A DNA stretch of 64,000 nucleotides from Calditrichales bacterium (GCA_965267575.1 OZ254086.1:1216001-1280000); one strand, 5' to 3'. Shown: positions 47,002 through 57,875, numbered from the stretch's first letter. The notes: generated from the letters alone by a model not told the origin. A program made the numbers and translations.

Positions 47002-48291
47002 ATGAAGAATGTAGTCATTGTAAATGGTCTCCGGACACCGTATGCCAAAATGGGTACCGCTTTTAAGGATATACCCGCCCATGAACTGGGGGCCACATTA
47101 TTGAAAGAGTTTATAAAAAGACTGGAAATCGACCCCAAGGATCTGGATGAAGTCATATTCGGGAATGTGGCACAGCCGCCAGAAGCAACCAACATCGCAC
47201 GTAATATTGCGCTGCTGGCCGGTGTACCTGAGAGCGTCCCTGCTTTCAGTGTGCAGCGTAACTGTTCCAGCGGCATGCAGTCAATCTCCGATGCCTGGTA
47301 CCGTATCCAAGTGGGTGAAGGCAGTATGTATGCCTGCGGTGGTGTGGAGAGCATGACCAATATCCCGCTGCTCTGGAATGATGAAGCGACGGAATGGTTT
47401 ACCTCCATGTTCAAGGCCAAAAGCGCCGGCAAAAAAATATCGACCATGGCCGGATTCAAACCGGGCTTCCTTAAGCCGGTCGTCGGACTGCAGCTTGGAC
47501 TTACCGATGGGTTCTGCGGCATGAATATGGGCGAAACGGCCGAACTGCTTTCACGCGAGTTTAAGATTGACCGGGAAGAGCAGGACAAATTTGCCATGCA
47601 CAGCCACAATCGCGCGGAGAAGGCGCAAAAGGACGGCTTTTACGATGATGAGGTGATGGCCGTGCCGATGCCGCCCAAATACAACGACGCGCTTGATCAT
47701 GACAACGGTGTGCGCAAAGGACAATCGATGGAAGCACTGGCCAAACTGCGTCCCGTTTTTGACAAACACAACGGAACGGTGACCGCCGGTAACGCCAGCC
47801 AGATTACCGACGGCGCCGCGGTCGTGCTGGTGATGGAAGAAAAGAAGGCCAAAGAGATGGGCTTTAAGCCGCTTGGCCGGATAAAGGCTTTCTCCTATGC
47901 CGGGCTGGATCCCAAACGCATGGGGCTGGGTCCCGCCTACAGCACAAAACTGGTGCTGGACAAAGCCGGCATGACCATGAAGGAGATGGAGCGCATCGAG
48001 ATTAATGAAGCTTTTGCCGTGCAGGTGCTGGCCAACATGCGCATTTTCGATTCCGAGGAGCTGAGCAAAAAGTATCTCGGTCTGAGCAAACCGCTCGGCG
48101 CTATCAATCATGACATCCTCAATGTAAACGGCGGTGCGATTGCACTTGGCCACCCGGTGGGTTCTTCTGGCACGCGTCTGGTTCATACCCTGCTGCGCGA
48201 ACTGAAACGCGCCGATAAGACGATCGGCCTGGCAACGTTGTGTGTGGGCGGCGGCCAGGGCGCGGCCTTTGTTCTGGAAAGAATGAACTAA
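47002..48291 (+). CDS. Acetyl-CoA C-acyltransferase (thiolase, FadA/FadI type)
   Basis: NCSSG, NEAFA, GGAIALGHPVG, LCVGGGQG. Confidence 0.95.
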   Translation: MKNVVIVNGLRTPYAKMGTAFKDIPAHELGATLLKEFIKRLEIDPKDLDEVIFGNVAQPPEATNIARNIALLAGVPESVPAFSVQRNCSSGMQSISDAWYRIQVGEGSMYACGGVESMTNIPLLWNDEATEWFTSMFKAKSAGKKISTMAGFKPGFLKPVVGLQLGLTDGFCGMNMGETAELLSREFKIDREEQDKFAMHSHNRAEKAQKDGFYDDEVMAVPMPPKYNDALDHDNGVRKGQSMEALAKLRPVFDKHNGTVTAGNASQITDGAAVVLVMEEKKAKEMGFKPLGRIKAFSYAGLDPKRMGLGPAYSTKLVLDKAGMTMKEMERIEINEAFAVQVLANMRIFDSEELSKKYLGLSKPLGAINHDILNVNGGAIALGHPVGSSGTRLVHTLLRELKRADKTIGLATLCVGGGQGAAFVLERMN

Positions 48292-48345
48292 CCCCGGGAT
48301 GGCAAAGACAAAACCAATCATCGCCAAACGGGAAGGATAACAATA

Positions 48346-50481
48346 ATGGCACAAGCATTTCACTTTAAAAAAACGAATGATGATATCGGGATTTTGCTTT
48401 TTGATTTACCCGGACAAAAGGTGAACAAATTCTCCACCGACGTGATGCAGGAGCTTGAGAACCAGCTTACTGAACTGGCAAAGGAAAAACTTAAGGCCCT
48501 GATTATCGCCAGCGGAAAGGAAAATATTTTCATCGCCGGCGCCGATATCAATGAGATCAAAGACATCACGGATGCGGAAAAAGGCTACGAAGTGGGCCGC
48601 AGGGGGCAGCAAATATTTCAGCAGCTTGCCGACCTGCCCTACCCGACCATCGCGTTGATACATGGCGCCAGCATGGGCGGCGGCACGGAAATGTCCCTGG
48701 CCTGCAGCTACCGCCTGGCCAGCGACGCCGATAAGACAAAAATAGCCCTGCCCGAAGTCAATCTCGGTATCCTGCCGGGTTGGGGCGGCACGCAAAGACT
48801 ACCCAGGCTGATCGGTATCCAGAAAGCGCTGGATGTTATTTTGACCGGGCGCAAGCTGGACGCTAAACGCGCCCTGCGCTACGGTCTGGTCGATAAAATC
48901 GTTGCCGCGGAGTGGCGGTTGGACCGGGCACTGACCTTTGCCCGCGAAATCGTGTTGGGCAAGGGCGAAAGCTATCTGAAAAAGCGCCGTCAGAACAGCC
49001 TGCAATCTTTCATGCTGGAAAAGACGCCTTTCGGACGCGCCGTCATGTTCAGCCAGGCGGAAAAGATGGTAATGAAAAAAAGCGGCGGTCATTACCCCGC
49101 CCCGCTAAAGGCGCTGGAAGTAATCAAGAAGACGCACGGTATGCGCCTTGAAAAAGGGCTGGACGTCGAAGCACGGGCCCTGGGCGAACTCATCGTCACG
49201 CCTATCAGCAAGAATCTGGTTAAGATATTTTTCTGGACGGAAGAGATAAAAAAGGAAAACGGTACCGACAACAAAGAGCTTAAGCCGCGCGAAGTCAGCC
49301 ACAGCGGTATTCTTGGCGCGGGGACCATGGGCGGCGGTATTGCCCAGTTGTTCGCGTCAAAAGGCATCGACGTGCGTGTTAAAGACATCAACTATGAAGC
49401 GGTGAGCCAGGCTTACAAACAGGCGGACAAAGTGCTGAAAGGGCTGGTTAAGAAACGCCGCATCAGTAAGGACGAGCATCGCCGCGTATTACACCGCATC
49501 AGCGGCACAACGGACTACAGCGGCTTCCAAAAAACAGGCCTGGTGGTAGAAGCCGTCGTGGAAGACCTGGAAATAAAGAAAAAGGTGCTGGCCGAACTGG
49601 AAAAACATGTCAGCGAGGATACGGTCATCGCTACAAATACCTCTTCTTTGCGCGTGGATGATATGGCCGCCGCCCTGAAGAAAAAGGGGCGCTTCGTGGG
49701 TATGCACTTTTTTAACCCCGTGCACCGTATGCCACTGGTGGAGGTGGTGCGCGGCAAACACTCGGACGACGAAGCCATCGCCACGGTTTTTAACCTGTGT
49801 CAGCGTACCGGTAAAACGCCGATTGTTGTCAACGATGGTCCCGGTTTTCTGGTAAACCGGCTGCTTGTGCCCTATATGGTGGAAGCGATTTCCATGCTGC
49901 AGGAAGGTCACTCAGTGCAAAAACTGGATGGCGCGCTGCGCTCATTCGGCATGCCCATGGGACCCATCGAGCTGTTTGATGAAGTCGGCATCGATGTGGC
50001 GCATAAGGTGGCAAAAATCCTGCAAAAATTTATGGGCGACCGCATGGCCGATTCTGATCTGCTGGAGAAACTTGTAAACGATAAGCGCCTGGGTAAGAAA
50101 AACGGTATCGGTTTTTACCGCTATGATGACGGCAAGCGCGAGTATGACAAAAAAATTGAAGAGTACATCACCGTTAATCATAAAACAAAATTGACCGATC
50201 AGGAAATTGTGCGGCGGATGATCTATCCGATGATAAACGAGGCCGCGCGCTGTCTTGAGGAAAGGATCGCCCTGCGTCCCCGTGACGTGGATATCGGCAT
50301 GATCTTCGGGACGGGTTTTGCCCCCTTCCGCGGCGGACTGCTGACATATGCCGACAGTGAAGGGCTGGGCCAGGTCATCGATCAGCTTAAGGTTTTTGAG
50401 AAGAGCTTTGGCGAGCGCTTCAAGCCCGCGGCACACCTTTTAAAGGTGCACGAAAAGGAGAAGAACTTCTATAAGAATTAA
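48346..50481 (+). CDS. fadJ: Fatty acid oxidation complex alpha subunit (enoyl-CoA hydratase/3-hydroxyacyl-CoA dehydrogenase)
   Basis: FIAGADI, LPEVNLG, GAGTMGGGIA, HFFNPV, GFAPFRGG. Confidence 0.92.
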   Translation: MAQAFHFKKTNDDIGILLFDLPGQKVNKFSTDVMQELENQLTELAKEKLKALIIASGKENIFIAGADINEIKDITDAEKGYEVGRRGQQIFQQLADLPYPTIALIHGASMGGGTEMSLACSYRLASDADKTKIALPEVNLGILPGWGGTQRLPRLIGIQKALDVILTGRKLDAKRALRYGLVDKIVAAEWRLDRALTFAREIVLGKGESYLKKRRQNSLQSFMLEKTPFGRAVMFSQAEKMVMKKSGGHYPAPLKALEVIKKTHGMRLEKGLDVEARALGELIVTPISKNLVKIFFWTEEIKKENGTDNKELKPREVSHSGILGAGTMGGGIAQLFASKGIDVRVKDINYEAVSQAYKQADKVLKGLVKKRRISKDEHRRVLHRISGTTDYSGFQKTGLVVEAVVEDLEIKKKVLAELEKHVSEDTVIATNTSSLRVDDMAAALKKKGRFVGMHFFNPVHRMPLVEVVRGKHSDDEAIATVFNLCQRTGKTPIVVNDGPGFLVNRLLVPYMVEAISMLQEGHSVQKLDGALRSFGMPMGPIELFDEVGIDVAHKVAKILQKFMGDRMADSDLLEKLVNDKRLGKKNGIGFYRYDDGKREYDKKIEEYITVNHKTKLTDQEIVRRMIYPMINEAARCLEERIALRPRDVDIGMIFGTGFAPFRGGLLTYADSEGLGQVIDQLKVFEKSFGERFKPAAHLLKVHEKEKNFYKN

Positions 50482-50511
50482 GGCCCCTGTACGGCAATAC
50501 GGAGAGATACC

Positions 50512-52245
50512 ATGTCAGAACCTAAAATCAGTTTTTCAAAAGCAATGGTTAGCGGCATCATCCTCGATGATCTGGTTTTCCCCTATCCCAAAATGGAGAA
50601 GGATGAAGCTGAGAATGTCGCCATGATCAAAGATACCTTTCTCAAGTTTGCCAAAGACAAACTGGACCCGGTAAAGATTGACCGCGAGGCAAAGATTCCC
50701 AGCGAAGCCATAGATGAAATGAAAGAGCTGGGCTTTTTCGGGCTGATCATCCCGGAAAAGTATGGCGGCTTTGGTCTCTCCAGTACCGCCTATACCAAAA
50801 TGCTGGGCGTTGTCAGCAGCTGGGACGGCTCCACGTCACTGACGCTCGGCGCACACCAGTCCATCGGTATGAAAGCGCTGCTGCTTTTTGGCAATGAGAA
50901 GCAGAAAAAGAAATACCTGCCCAAGCTTGCGACCGGCGAAATGGTGGCCGCTTTTTGCCTCACCGAACCGGAGGCGGGTTCTGACGCGGCCGGAATTAAG
51001 ACCAGGGCGGTGCGCGATGAGCAACAGAAATGCTACATCATGAACGGCAGCAAGCTGTGGATCACCAACGGAGGAATCGCCGACTTTTTCACGGTATTTG
51101 CCAAAGAGGAGATCACCAATAAAAAAGGCGAAAAGGCCGAGAAGATCAGCGCGTTCCTGGTGGAACGTGCCTGGGAAGGTGTCAGCGTGGGTAAGGAAGA
51201 GGACAAGCTGGGCATTAAGGGCTCATCCACGGCGGCGGTATTTTTTGAAGACGTAAAGATACCTTTTGAAAACGTTGTGGGAGAGCGCGGCAAGGGTTTC
51301 AAGGTGGCCATGGAAGTGCTCAACTCGGGGCGCATGGGTCTGGCCGGCGGCGTTTTGGGGGCGTTGAAAACAATCTACGGAATTACGCTTGAGCATATTT
51401 CACAGCGTAAGCAGTTTCGTAAAACATTGTCGCAGTTTGAAGCGATCAAGCAAAAAGTGGCGCAGATTGCCATTGACCTGTACGCGGCGGAGAGCATGGT
51501 TTACCTGACCACCGGTTTGGCTGATCGCGGCGATATCGACTACTCGGTGGAATCGGCTATGTGCAAAATTGTGGCCACGGATGTCTGCTGGCGCGGTGTG
51601 AATGAATGCCTGCAAATGGCCGGCGGCATCGGCTATATGAAAGAGTATCCTTACGAACGCTATCTGCGTGACGCGCGCATCAACCCGATTTTTGAGGGCA
51701 CCAATGAGATTCTCCGTTTCTTCGTGGCGTTGTCCGGCATGCACGAGCGCGGCGAATACCTGCGGCGTATCGGCGGGGCATTGCGGGCACCGATCAAGGG
51801 CTTTGGTCTGCTGACCGATTTTGCTTCGGATTACGTCCGCTCGCGGATTACCACAGGCCGCATTCGTCACGTGCATCCGGCGCTGGAACACTCCAAAAAG
51901 CAATTTGAAAATTTTGCCAAAGATCTGCATATCACGGCAGAGCGCGTATTGATGCAGCATGCCGGCGATATTATCTACCGCGAGATGATCACAACCAGGC
52001 TGGCCGACGCGCTGCTGGACCTTTACGGTATGATCTGCTGTATTTCACGGGCCGAGCTGCGCATCACCGAAGTGGGCATTGAGAAGTGCCGCGATGAAGT
52101 ACGTATCGTCAACACTTTCTGTGAACAGGCCTGGCGGCGCGTACGTCGCAACCTGCTGATGGTTGACAAAAACAGCGACCAGGCGATGACCGAAATCGCC
52201 GATAATATTTCGGCCCTGAAGCGATTTCCCTATGAAACGGAATAG
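50512..52245 (+). CDS. Acyl-CoA dehydrogenase (VLCAD/ACAD9-like)
   Basis: AHQSIG, FCLTEPEAGSDA, IFEGTNEILR. Confidence 0.93.
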   Translation: MSEPKISFSKAMVSGIILDDLVFPYPKMEKDEAENVAMIKDTFLKFAKDKLDPVKIDREAKIPSEAIDEMKELGFFGLIIPEKYGGFGLSSTAYTKMLGVVSSWDGSTSLTLGAHQSIGMKALLLFGNEKQKKKYLPKLATGEMVAAFCLTEPEAGSDAAGIKTRAVRDEQQKCYIMNGSKLWITNGGIADFFTVFAKEEITNKKGEKAEKISAFLVERAWEGVSVGKEEDKLGIKGSSTAAVFFEDVKIPFENVVGERGKGFKVAMEVLNSGRMGLAGGVLGALKTIYGITLEHISQRKQFRKTLSQFEAIKQKVAQIAIDLYAAESMVYLTTGLADRGDIDYSVESAMCKIVATDVCWRGVNECLQMAGGIGYMKEYPYERYLRDARINPIFEGTNEILRFFVALSGMHERGEYLRRIGGALRAPIKGFGLLTDFASDYVRSRITTGRIRHVHPALEHSKKQFENFAKDLHITAERVLMQHAGDIIYREMITTRLADALLDLYGMICCISRAELRITEVGIEKCRDEVRIVNTFCEQAWRRVRRNLLMVDKNSDQAMTEIADNISALKRFPYETE

Positions 52246-52328
52246 CGATCGCTCTGATTTTATTTATTAAATAAAACTTTGTACATTTAGCGTTTTCATT
52301 TTAAGAAGAACCGTATTAGGAGGAAAAA

Positions 52329-53078
52329 GTGAATATTGCGGTATGTGTAAAACAGGTTCCGGATACGGAAACAAAAGTCAAGATCAGCGATGACAAAAAG
52401 AGCATCGTTGAAGATGATATAAATTTTATCCTGAATCCTTATGACGAATTTGCCGTGGAAGAAGCGCTTAAGCTGAAAGAAGAACACGGTGGCGATGTCA
52501 CGATTATTTCACTCGGGCCCGATCGCATTACGTCCGCTATGCGCAGCGCGCTGGCCATGGGTGCCAACAAGGCGATCCATATCAAGACCGACAAGAACCC
52601 CGATGATCCCGGTGTGGTTGCCGGCGCTTTGGCCGAGGTGCTGAAGGAAGGCAACTACGACATCATTTTTACAGGCAAGCAGGCCATTGACGATGACCAC
52701 GCCCAGATGGCATCGCTGTTGGCGGAAAAACTGGATATGCCGGCCATGACGGTGATCGTGAAGCTGGAGATCAAAGACGGCAAAGCCACGGGCGAGCGTG
52801 AAGTGGACGGCGCCCACGAGATCGTGGAATGTGCGCTGCCCTGCATTATTGGTGCCCAGCGTGGCTTGAACGAGCCGCGTTATGCGTCGCTTAAGGGCAT
52901 TATGGCCGCCAAAAAAGTACAAATCGAAGAGAAGAGCGTTACCCTGCCCGATTCGCAACTGGAAGTGGTTGAATACAACTATCCGCCGGAGAAGACAGCC
53001 GGCAAGATCGTTGGCGAGGGCGCGGACGCCGTACCGGAACTGCTGCGTTTGCTTCACGAAGAAGCCAAAGTACTGTAA
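52329..53078 (+). CDS. etfB: Electron transfer flavoprotein beta subunit
   Basis: VCVKQVPD, NPYDEFAVEEA, GKQAID, NEPRY. Confidence 0.96.
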   Translation: MNIAVCVKQVPDTETKVKISDDKKSIVEDDINFILNPYDEFAVEEALKLKEEHGGDVTIISLGPDRITSAMRSALAMGANKAIHIKTDKNPDDPGVVAGALAEVLKEGNYDIIFTGKQAIDDDHAQMASLLAEKLDMPAMTVIVKLEIKDGKATGEREVDGAHEIVECALPCIIGAQRGLNEPRYASLKGIMAAKKVQIEEKSVTLPDSQLEVVEYNYPPEKTAGKIVGEGADAVPELLRLLHEEAKVL

Positions 53079-53123
53079 GGCGGCAGTTATACAATCGATA
53101 TGAAAATGAAAGGAATGAAATAG

Positions 53124-54077
53124 ATGAAAGCACTGGTTTTTGCAGAACAGCGTGAAGGCGCCCTACGCAAAATCGCTTTTGAAAACCTGAGCCTGGCCAA
53201 AAAACTGGGTCTCGATTTTGATACCGTCGTCATCGGCGGGGCGATCGAGAACCTGGAGCAGGAGCTGGGGCATTACGGTGCCGGAAATGTTGTCCATTAC
53301 AAAGATGACAAGGTAGCCAATTACACGCCCGACGGTTACGCCGCGATCCTGGCCGAAGCCATGGAAAAGCAGGGCGCGGATGTGCTGATCATGGGTGCCA
53401 CGGCCATGGGCAAAGATTTGGGCCCGCGTGTGGCCGCCCGGCTGAATGCGGCCATGGCCACGGATTGCACGCAGGTGGAACTGGAAGGCGACAATTTCAA
53501 AATCGTGCGCCCGATGTACGCCGGCAAGGTGCAGGCCACCATCCGCCTGACCTCAGCCAAGAAGGTGATCACGGTAAGACCCAACGTTTACTCTGCCGTT
53601 GAGAACAGCTCTTCGCCGAGCGTAAGTGAAGAGGCCGTTTCCGATACCGATTTCAAAACGGTGGTTACGGAGATTAAGACCGGCAGCAAAGGCAAGCTGG
53701 ATGTTACCGAGGCCGACATCGTGGTGTCCGGTGGCCGTGGCTTGAAGGACCCCGAAAACTGGCACCTGATTGAAGAGCTGGCCGGACTGCTTGGCGCCGC
53801 CCATGGCGCGTCGCGTGCCGCGGTGGATGCAGGTTGGCGTCCGCATGACGAGCAGGTGGGACAAACAGGCAAAACCGTTTCGCCCAGCCTCTACATTGCC
53901 GTTGGTATTTCCGGCGCCATTCAGCACCTGGCCGGAATGTCTTCTTCCAAGTACATCGTGGCCATAAACAAGGACCCGGAAGCGCCCATCTTTAAAGTAG
54001 CCGACTATGGCATCGTTGGTGACCTGTTTGAGGTGGTGCCAAAGATGATAGAAGAGTTGAAACAACAACGCCAGTAA
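53124..54077 (+). CDS. etfA: Electron transfer flavoprotein alpha subunit
   Basis: [25 protein letters not shown]. Confidence 0.96.
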   Translation: MKALVFAEQREGALRKIAFENLSLAKKLGLDFDTVVIGGAIENLEQELGHYGAGNVVHYKDDKVANYTPDGYAAILAEAMEKQGADVLIMGATAMGKDLGPRVAARLNAAMATDCTQVELEGDNFKIVRPMYAGKVQATIRLTSAKKVITVRPNVYSAVENSSSPSVSEEAVSDTDFKTVVTEIKTGSKGKLDVTEADIVVSGGRGLKDPENWHLIEELAGLLGAAHGASRAAVDAGWRPHDEQVGQTGKTVSPSLYIAVGISGAIQHLAGMSSSKYIVAINKDPEAPIFKVADYGIVGDLFEVVPKMIEELKQQRQ

Positions 54078-54082
54078 AAATT

Positions 54083-54112
54083 AAAGCCCCGGTTGTGCCG
54101 GGGCTTTTTTTT
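54083..54112 (+). terminator. Intrinsic terminator
   Basis: AAAGCCCCGG-TTGTG-CCGGGGCTTTTTTTT. Confidence 0.9.
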
Positions 54113-54193
54113 GTGATTGTTTTTAGGCTTTATTTAACCAACAACATCCATCCGGAATTTAATATACGCTCCCGCATTGTTTTATTGCTTCAC

Positions 54194-54225
54194 GGCCCGG
54201 ATTATGCCCCAACATAATCCGGGCC
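54194..54225. terminator. Hairpin downstream of the minus-strand gene
   Basis: GGCCCGGATTATG-N6-CATAATCCGGGCC. Confidence 0.55.
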
Positions 54226-54262
54226 TATTTATCGACAATCATAGGCAGAACCTCCTAGATAA

Positions 54263-55291
54263 TTAATGAGTCATTTTACCTTTCAGGATTACCCTATAAT
54301 AATCGTAATCCTGAATAGCAAATACATAATCATCATTACACCAAAGCCCCCAGATGTTAAGACTGTATGGTGCATTTTTTATCTTTTTCCACGTACTACC
54401 ATTATAGTGATATAACCCAGTCTGATATCCACCCGCAAAAATATTATTTTGCGCGTTACCATGAATAGAATAAATTGTCGATGTATAAAATTGATTGCTC
54501 CATATTCCATCGGCGTACTTATAAACCCCGTCCATAGCTGAATAGAAATTGTTCATGTCATATCCCCACAAATCCATGCCAAAGCCTTTATCAAAAGTTC
54601 TTGAAGAATCCAGGAGTACTATTTTTTCACCAACTAATTGATAAAATCCTGCAAAATACCTTCCATTCTCTTCAGTCTCAGTCCCAATTGCATAAACTGT
54701 TGTATCACTAAAACCCCAAAGGCCTCTAAACTGTATCGATTTTCCGGTTTTGTATTTTGTAAATTCTTCACCATCATATTTAATTATCATACCACTATCA
54801 CAACCAAAAAACATATTATTTGATGAAGTGCCCCACACGGATAGACAAATTGGAAAATCTCGGTTATCCATACGATTCCAGGTACCGTTGTAATGCAGAA
54901 AATAACCGGGAGCTCCTGGTACATCGCTCTTAACGCCATACCCTACAATCCAGAAATCATCTTGCGCAAAACCGAATATTGCTTTATAGGTCGGTACATG
55001 ATCAATTGGCGGTACATACACGTTTTTCCAGGAGTTTCCATCGTAATGCCAGATGCGGTAGCGCGTTAAGCTGCTGTGTCCTACCGCCCACACGTTGTTC
55101 TCATCGGTACCCCATATATCATACAAATAGATTTGGAAAGCTTCTTCTTCATAAAGGGTGTCGCTTGTCCAGGTAAACCTGTGGCTGGTTGTATCCGGGC
55201 CATTTTGTGCGGAGGCAGGGTTTTCACTACAGCTTATTAAAATAAGGGTGATTAAGACAGGCAGTAATATCTTCGTTATAATATTTCTCAT
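54263..55291 (-). CDS. Beta-propeller lipoprotein with WG-x4-N/D and HYDG..W repeats
   Basis: LISC lipobox; IWGTDENNVWAVG...HYDGNSW-like repeats; AT-rich. Confidence 0.8.
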   Translation of the reverse strand: MRNIITKILLPVLITLILISCSENPASAQNGPDTTSHRFTWTSDTLYEEEAFQIYLYDIWGTDENNVWAVGHSSLTRYRIWHYDGNSWKNVYVPPIDHVPTYKAIFGFAQDDFWIVGYGVKSDVPGAPGYFLHYNGTWNRMDNRDFPICLSVWGTSSNNMFFGCDSGMIIKYDGEEFTKYKTGKSIQFRGLWGFSDTTVYAIGTETEENGRYFAGFYQLVGEKIVLLDSSRTFDKGFGMDLWGYDMNNFYSAMDGVYKYADGIWSNQFYTSTIYSIHGNAQNNIFAGGYQTGLYHYNGSTWKKIKNAPYSLNIWGLWCNDDYVFAIQDYDYYRVILKGKMTH

Positions 55292-55494
55292 AGCAGCCAC
55301 TCGTTAAGTAGGTTTACTGTTAATATATAAAGAAGAACAGAGAAAAAATACAACAATAAAGTGGTTATTCTTGGCTTTCCTGGTCTCGACGTGGATCCCG
55401 GCGCATGGCCGGGATGACATACTTGGTACAATTCCCAATGCGTAGCGGAGACCGCCGGAGCAGGGCTAGTGACGTTCAAAAAGGCAAATAATGG

Positions 55495-55950
55495 TCAGCT
55501 CGTCTCCTCCTTTGCCTTCAGCTTGCCCTCAATCATCTCGCCGTGGGAGAGGCCCAGCAGGCGGCTGATTTTTTTGACCAGCGCTTCCTCGTACTTATCC
55601 ACCTTACCGTCGCTTAACACGAGTCCCCACAGTTTTTCCACGATCACTTTGCGTGTGTCACGGTCAAAGCGTTCTTTAATCTGGCTGGTAAAAAACCAGA
55701 TGTCGGTGTGCGATTGTCTCTTTTCCGCGGCCACTTCAATCAGCTCCTCCACGCGCTCCACGCTGATCTTGAAAAAGGCGCTCAAGGTATCACGCATGTG
55801 CTGTTCTTCTTCTTCGCTGACGGTCTCGTCGGCGTAGGCCATTTCCAGGAAAAGCACGGTGGTGGCCACGGTCAGGTCCACCTGATGGGATGGTTCATCA
55901 GCGGAAGCGCCGCCCATCCAATCGGCAATTTTTTGCCACTGTTTTTTCAT
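55495..55950 (-). CDS. TerB family protein
   Basis: EMAYAD..VSEEE, SDGKVDKYEE..VKKIS.LLGL. Confidence 0.85.
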   Translation of the reverse strand: MKKQWQKIADWMGGASADEPSHQVDLTVATTVLFLEMAYADETVSEEEEQHMRDTLSAFFKISVERVEELIEVAAEKRQSHTDIWFFTSQIKERFDRDTRKVIVEKLWGLVLSDGKVDKYEEALVKKISRLLGLSHGEMIEGKLKAKEETS

Positions 55951-56022
55951 TATTTTTCTCCTATTTCACCATGAAGAGCATGAAGGACATGAAGAAATAA
56001 ATAGACTAACTCATGCTGTCTT

Positions 56023-56541
56023 TTATTCTGTCTCCAGTAAATCTATGTAGGCTTTAGCAACAAGATCGCTGTCCTTAATGTTCAGAAGGCGCATCAGGTA
56101 GTGTACTTTTTCTTGCGCTTCCCGTTCCGGCGTTTCCTGCTCCATCACCGCTTCCAGTTCGATAAAACGGCCCAGGCCGCGCACATCATCCAGGTGGATG
56201 CGCACATAGTCAAACATGTACAAAAGGCGCTGCTTCTTCACCACGCCGCGGATGCCGTACATGGCCGTCAGCAGCTCCTTCACCCGTTCCAGCTCGTCCT
56301 TTGCCACGGACAGCAACGCGTATTGCGATTCCTTTGGCCCTTTCTCATCGTCACGCAGGTAGGGTATTAAAAACGATTCACCCGTGCCCAGTTCGCGCAG
56401 CTTCAGGCGGCCTTTTGGTGTATTGTAAAAAGTATCTGTTTGCTGCAGGATTGCCTTACGGGCGATGGAGGCTTTTTCCAATGCTTCAACAGCCTTGTTT
56501 AAATCATGGCAGCGTGCCTTTATTTCGATGTTTTTACCCAC
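56023..56541 (-). CDS. CYTH domain protein (class IV adenylate cyclase-like)
   Basis: NIEIKAR, Q.DTFY, RLKLRE, RIHLDDV.GLG.FIELE. Confidence 0.9.
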   Translation of the reverse strand: MGKNIEIKARCHDLNKAVEALEKASIARKAILQQTDTFYNTPKGRLKLRELGTGESFLIPYLRDDEKGPKESQYALLSVAKDELERVKELLTAMYGIRGVVKKQRLLYMFDYVRIHLDDVRGLGRFIELEAVMEQETPEREAQEKVHYLMRLLNIKDSDLVAKAYIDLLETE

Positions 56542-56675
56542 AATAATTTACCCTTGTAAACAACGTAGATTTTTTAGTAATGCTGCCCTAAATTAGAGGC
56601 TTTTATTTTTTGTTGAAAATTTTTGTATATAGGGGCGCTTCCAAAATGAATCGACCCTCATCAAGGAGTATTTTT

Positions 56676-57875
56676 TTGGCTAAAAACAAGTCCGCTTTAC
56701 TGATCATATTTCTGACCATTTTTATTGACCTGCTTGGTTTCGGCATCATCATTCCCATCATCCCCTTTTACCTGGAGGGCTTTTTGGGTGACGCCGATTT
56801 TATCGGTCGTAACATGGCCGCGATGATCACCCTCTACAGCCTGATGCAATTCCTCTTCGCGCCGTTCTGGGGCCGCTTGTCAGACCGCATCGGCCGCCGC
56901 CCGATCATTATGATCAGCCTGATTGGCACCGCGGTAACGCATGTCTGGTTTGCGTTATCAACGGAGCTGTGGATGCTCTACGCCTCGCGGATATTCACGG
57001 GCATCTTTGCCGCCACCATTCCAACGGCCAACGCCTACATAAGCGATGTAACAACGCCGGAGAATCGCGCCAAAGGCATGGGTCTGGTGGGTGCCGCTTT
57101 TGGACTGGGTTTTATCCTTGGCCCGGCTACGGGAGGTATTTTGTCGCATGTGGGTGGCTACCGGTTGCCTCTGCTGGTTGCCGGCGGCTTGTCCCTGGCG
57201 GCTTTTGTGCTTTCGGTTTTTATGCTGCCGGAATCACGAAAAAAAGATGCGGCGCGCAATTACGAGCGCTTTAAGATAAATTTCATTTTCAACGCCCTGC
57301 GCCATCCGCGGCTGGGATTGCTGTTCGCCATCTTTTTCATTGTAACCATGTCTTTTTCAAATTTTGAAACCATCTTCGCGCTCTACGCCGAAGAGCGTTT
57401 CCAATTTGATGCGCTGCAAGTGGGTTATGTCTTTGCCTTTGTAGGCGTATGCAGCGCGTTGATGCAGGGGGTCTTCATCGGAAGACTCAACAAGCGCTTC
57501 GGCGAGAAAAACCTGATTGCCGCCGCCACGCTGCTTTTGGCAACCGTCTTTATCGTGATGCCTTTTCTGGTGAACATACCCGTGTTTGTTGGCGCGGCCG
57601 GCATAATGGCCATCAGCCTGGGCATGCACAATCCGTCTGTGCTGGCGCTGGTTTCCAAAAACGCCTCAGATAGTGAAAGCGGGGCAATCCTCGGGATAAA
57701 TCATTCCTTTTCCGCGCTGGGCCGTATTTTGGGTCCGTTGTGGGCGGGATTTTTCTTTGACAAGGTGAGTCCGGAATTTCCGCTGATAAGCGCCGGTCTG
57801 CTGATCGCGGTGGCTTTTGCTATGAGTCTGCTGCTTAGGAAAAAGCAAAACCTGGTGGAAAAGGTTAACCGATAA
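56676..57875 (+). CDS. MFS transporter (TetA/DHA1-like); TTG start after AAGGAG assumed
   Basis: FIDLLGFGIIIP, GRLSDRIGRRP, AFGLGFILGP. Confidence 0.9.
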   Translation: MAKNKSALLIIFLTIFIDLLGFGIIIPIIPFYLEGFLGDADFIGRNMAAMITLYSLMQFLFAPFWGRLSDRIGRRPIIMISLIGTAVTHVWFALSTELWMLYASRIFTGIFAATIPTANAYISDVTTPENRAKGMGLVGAAFGLGFILGPATGGILSHVGGYRLPLLVAGGLSLAAFVLSVFMLPESRKKDAARNYERFKINFIFNALRHPRLGLLFAIFFIVTMSFSNFETIFALYAEERFQFDALQVGYVFAFVGVCSALMQGVFIGRLNKRFGEKNLIAAATLLLATVFIVMPFLVNIPVFVGAAGIMAISLGMHNPSVLALVSKNASDSESGAILGINHSFSALGRILGPLWAGFFFDKVSPEFPLISAGLLIAVAFAMSLLLRKKQNLVEKVNR

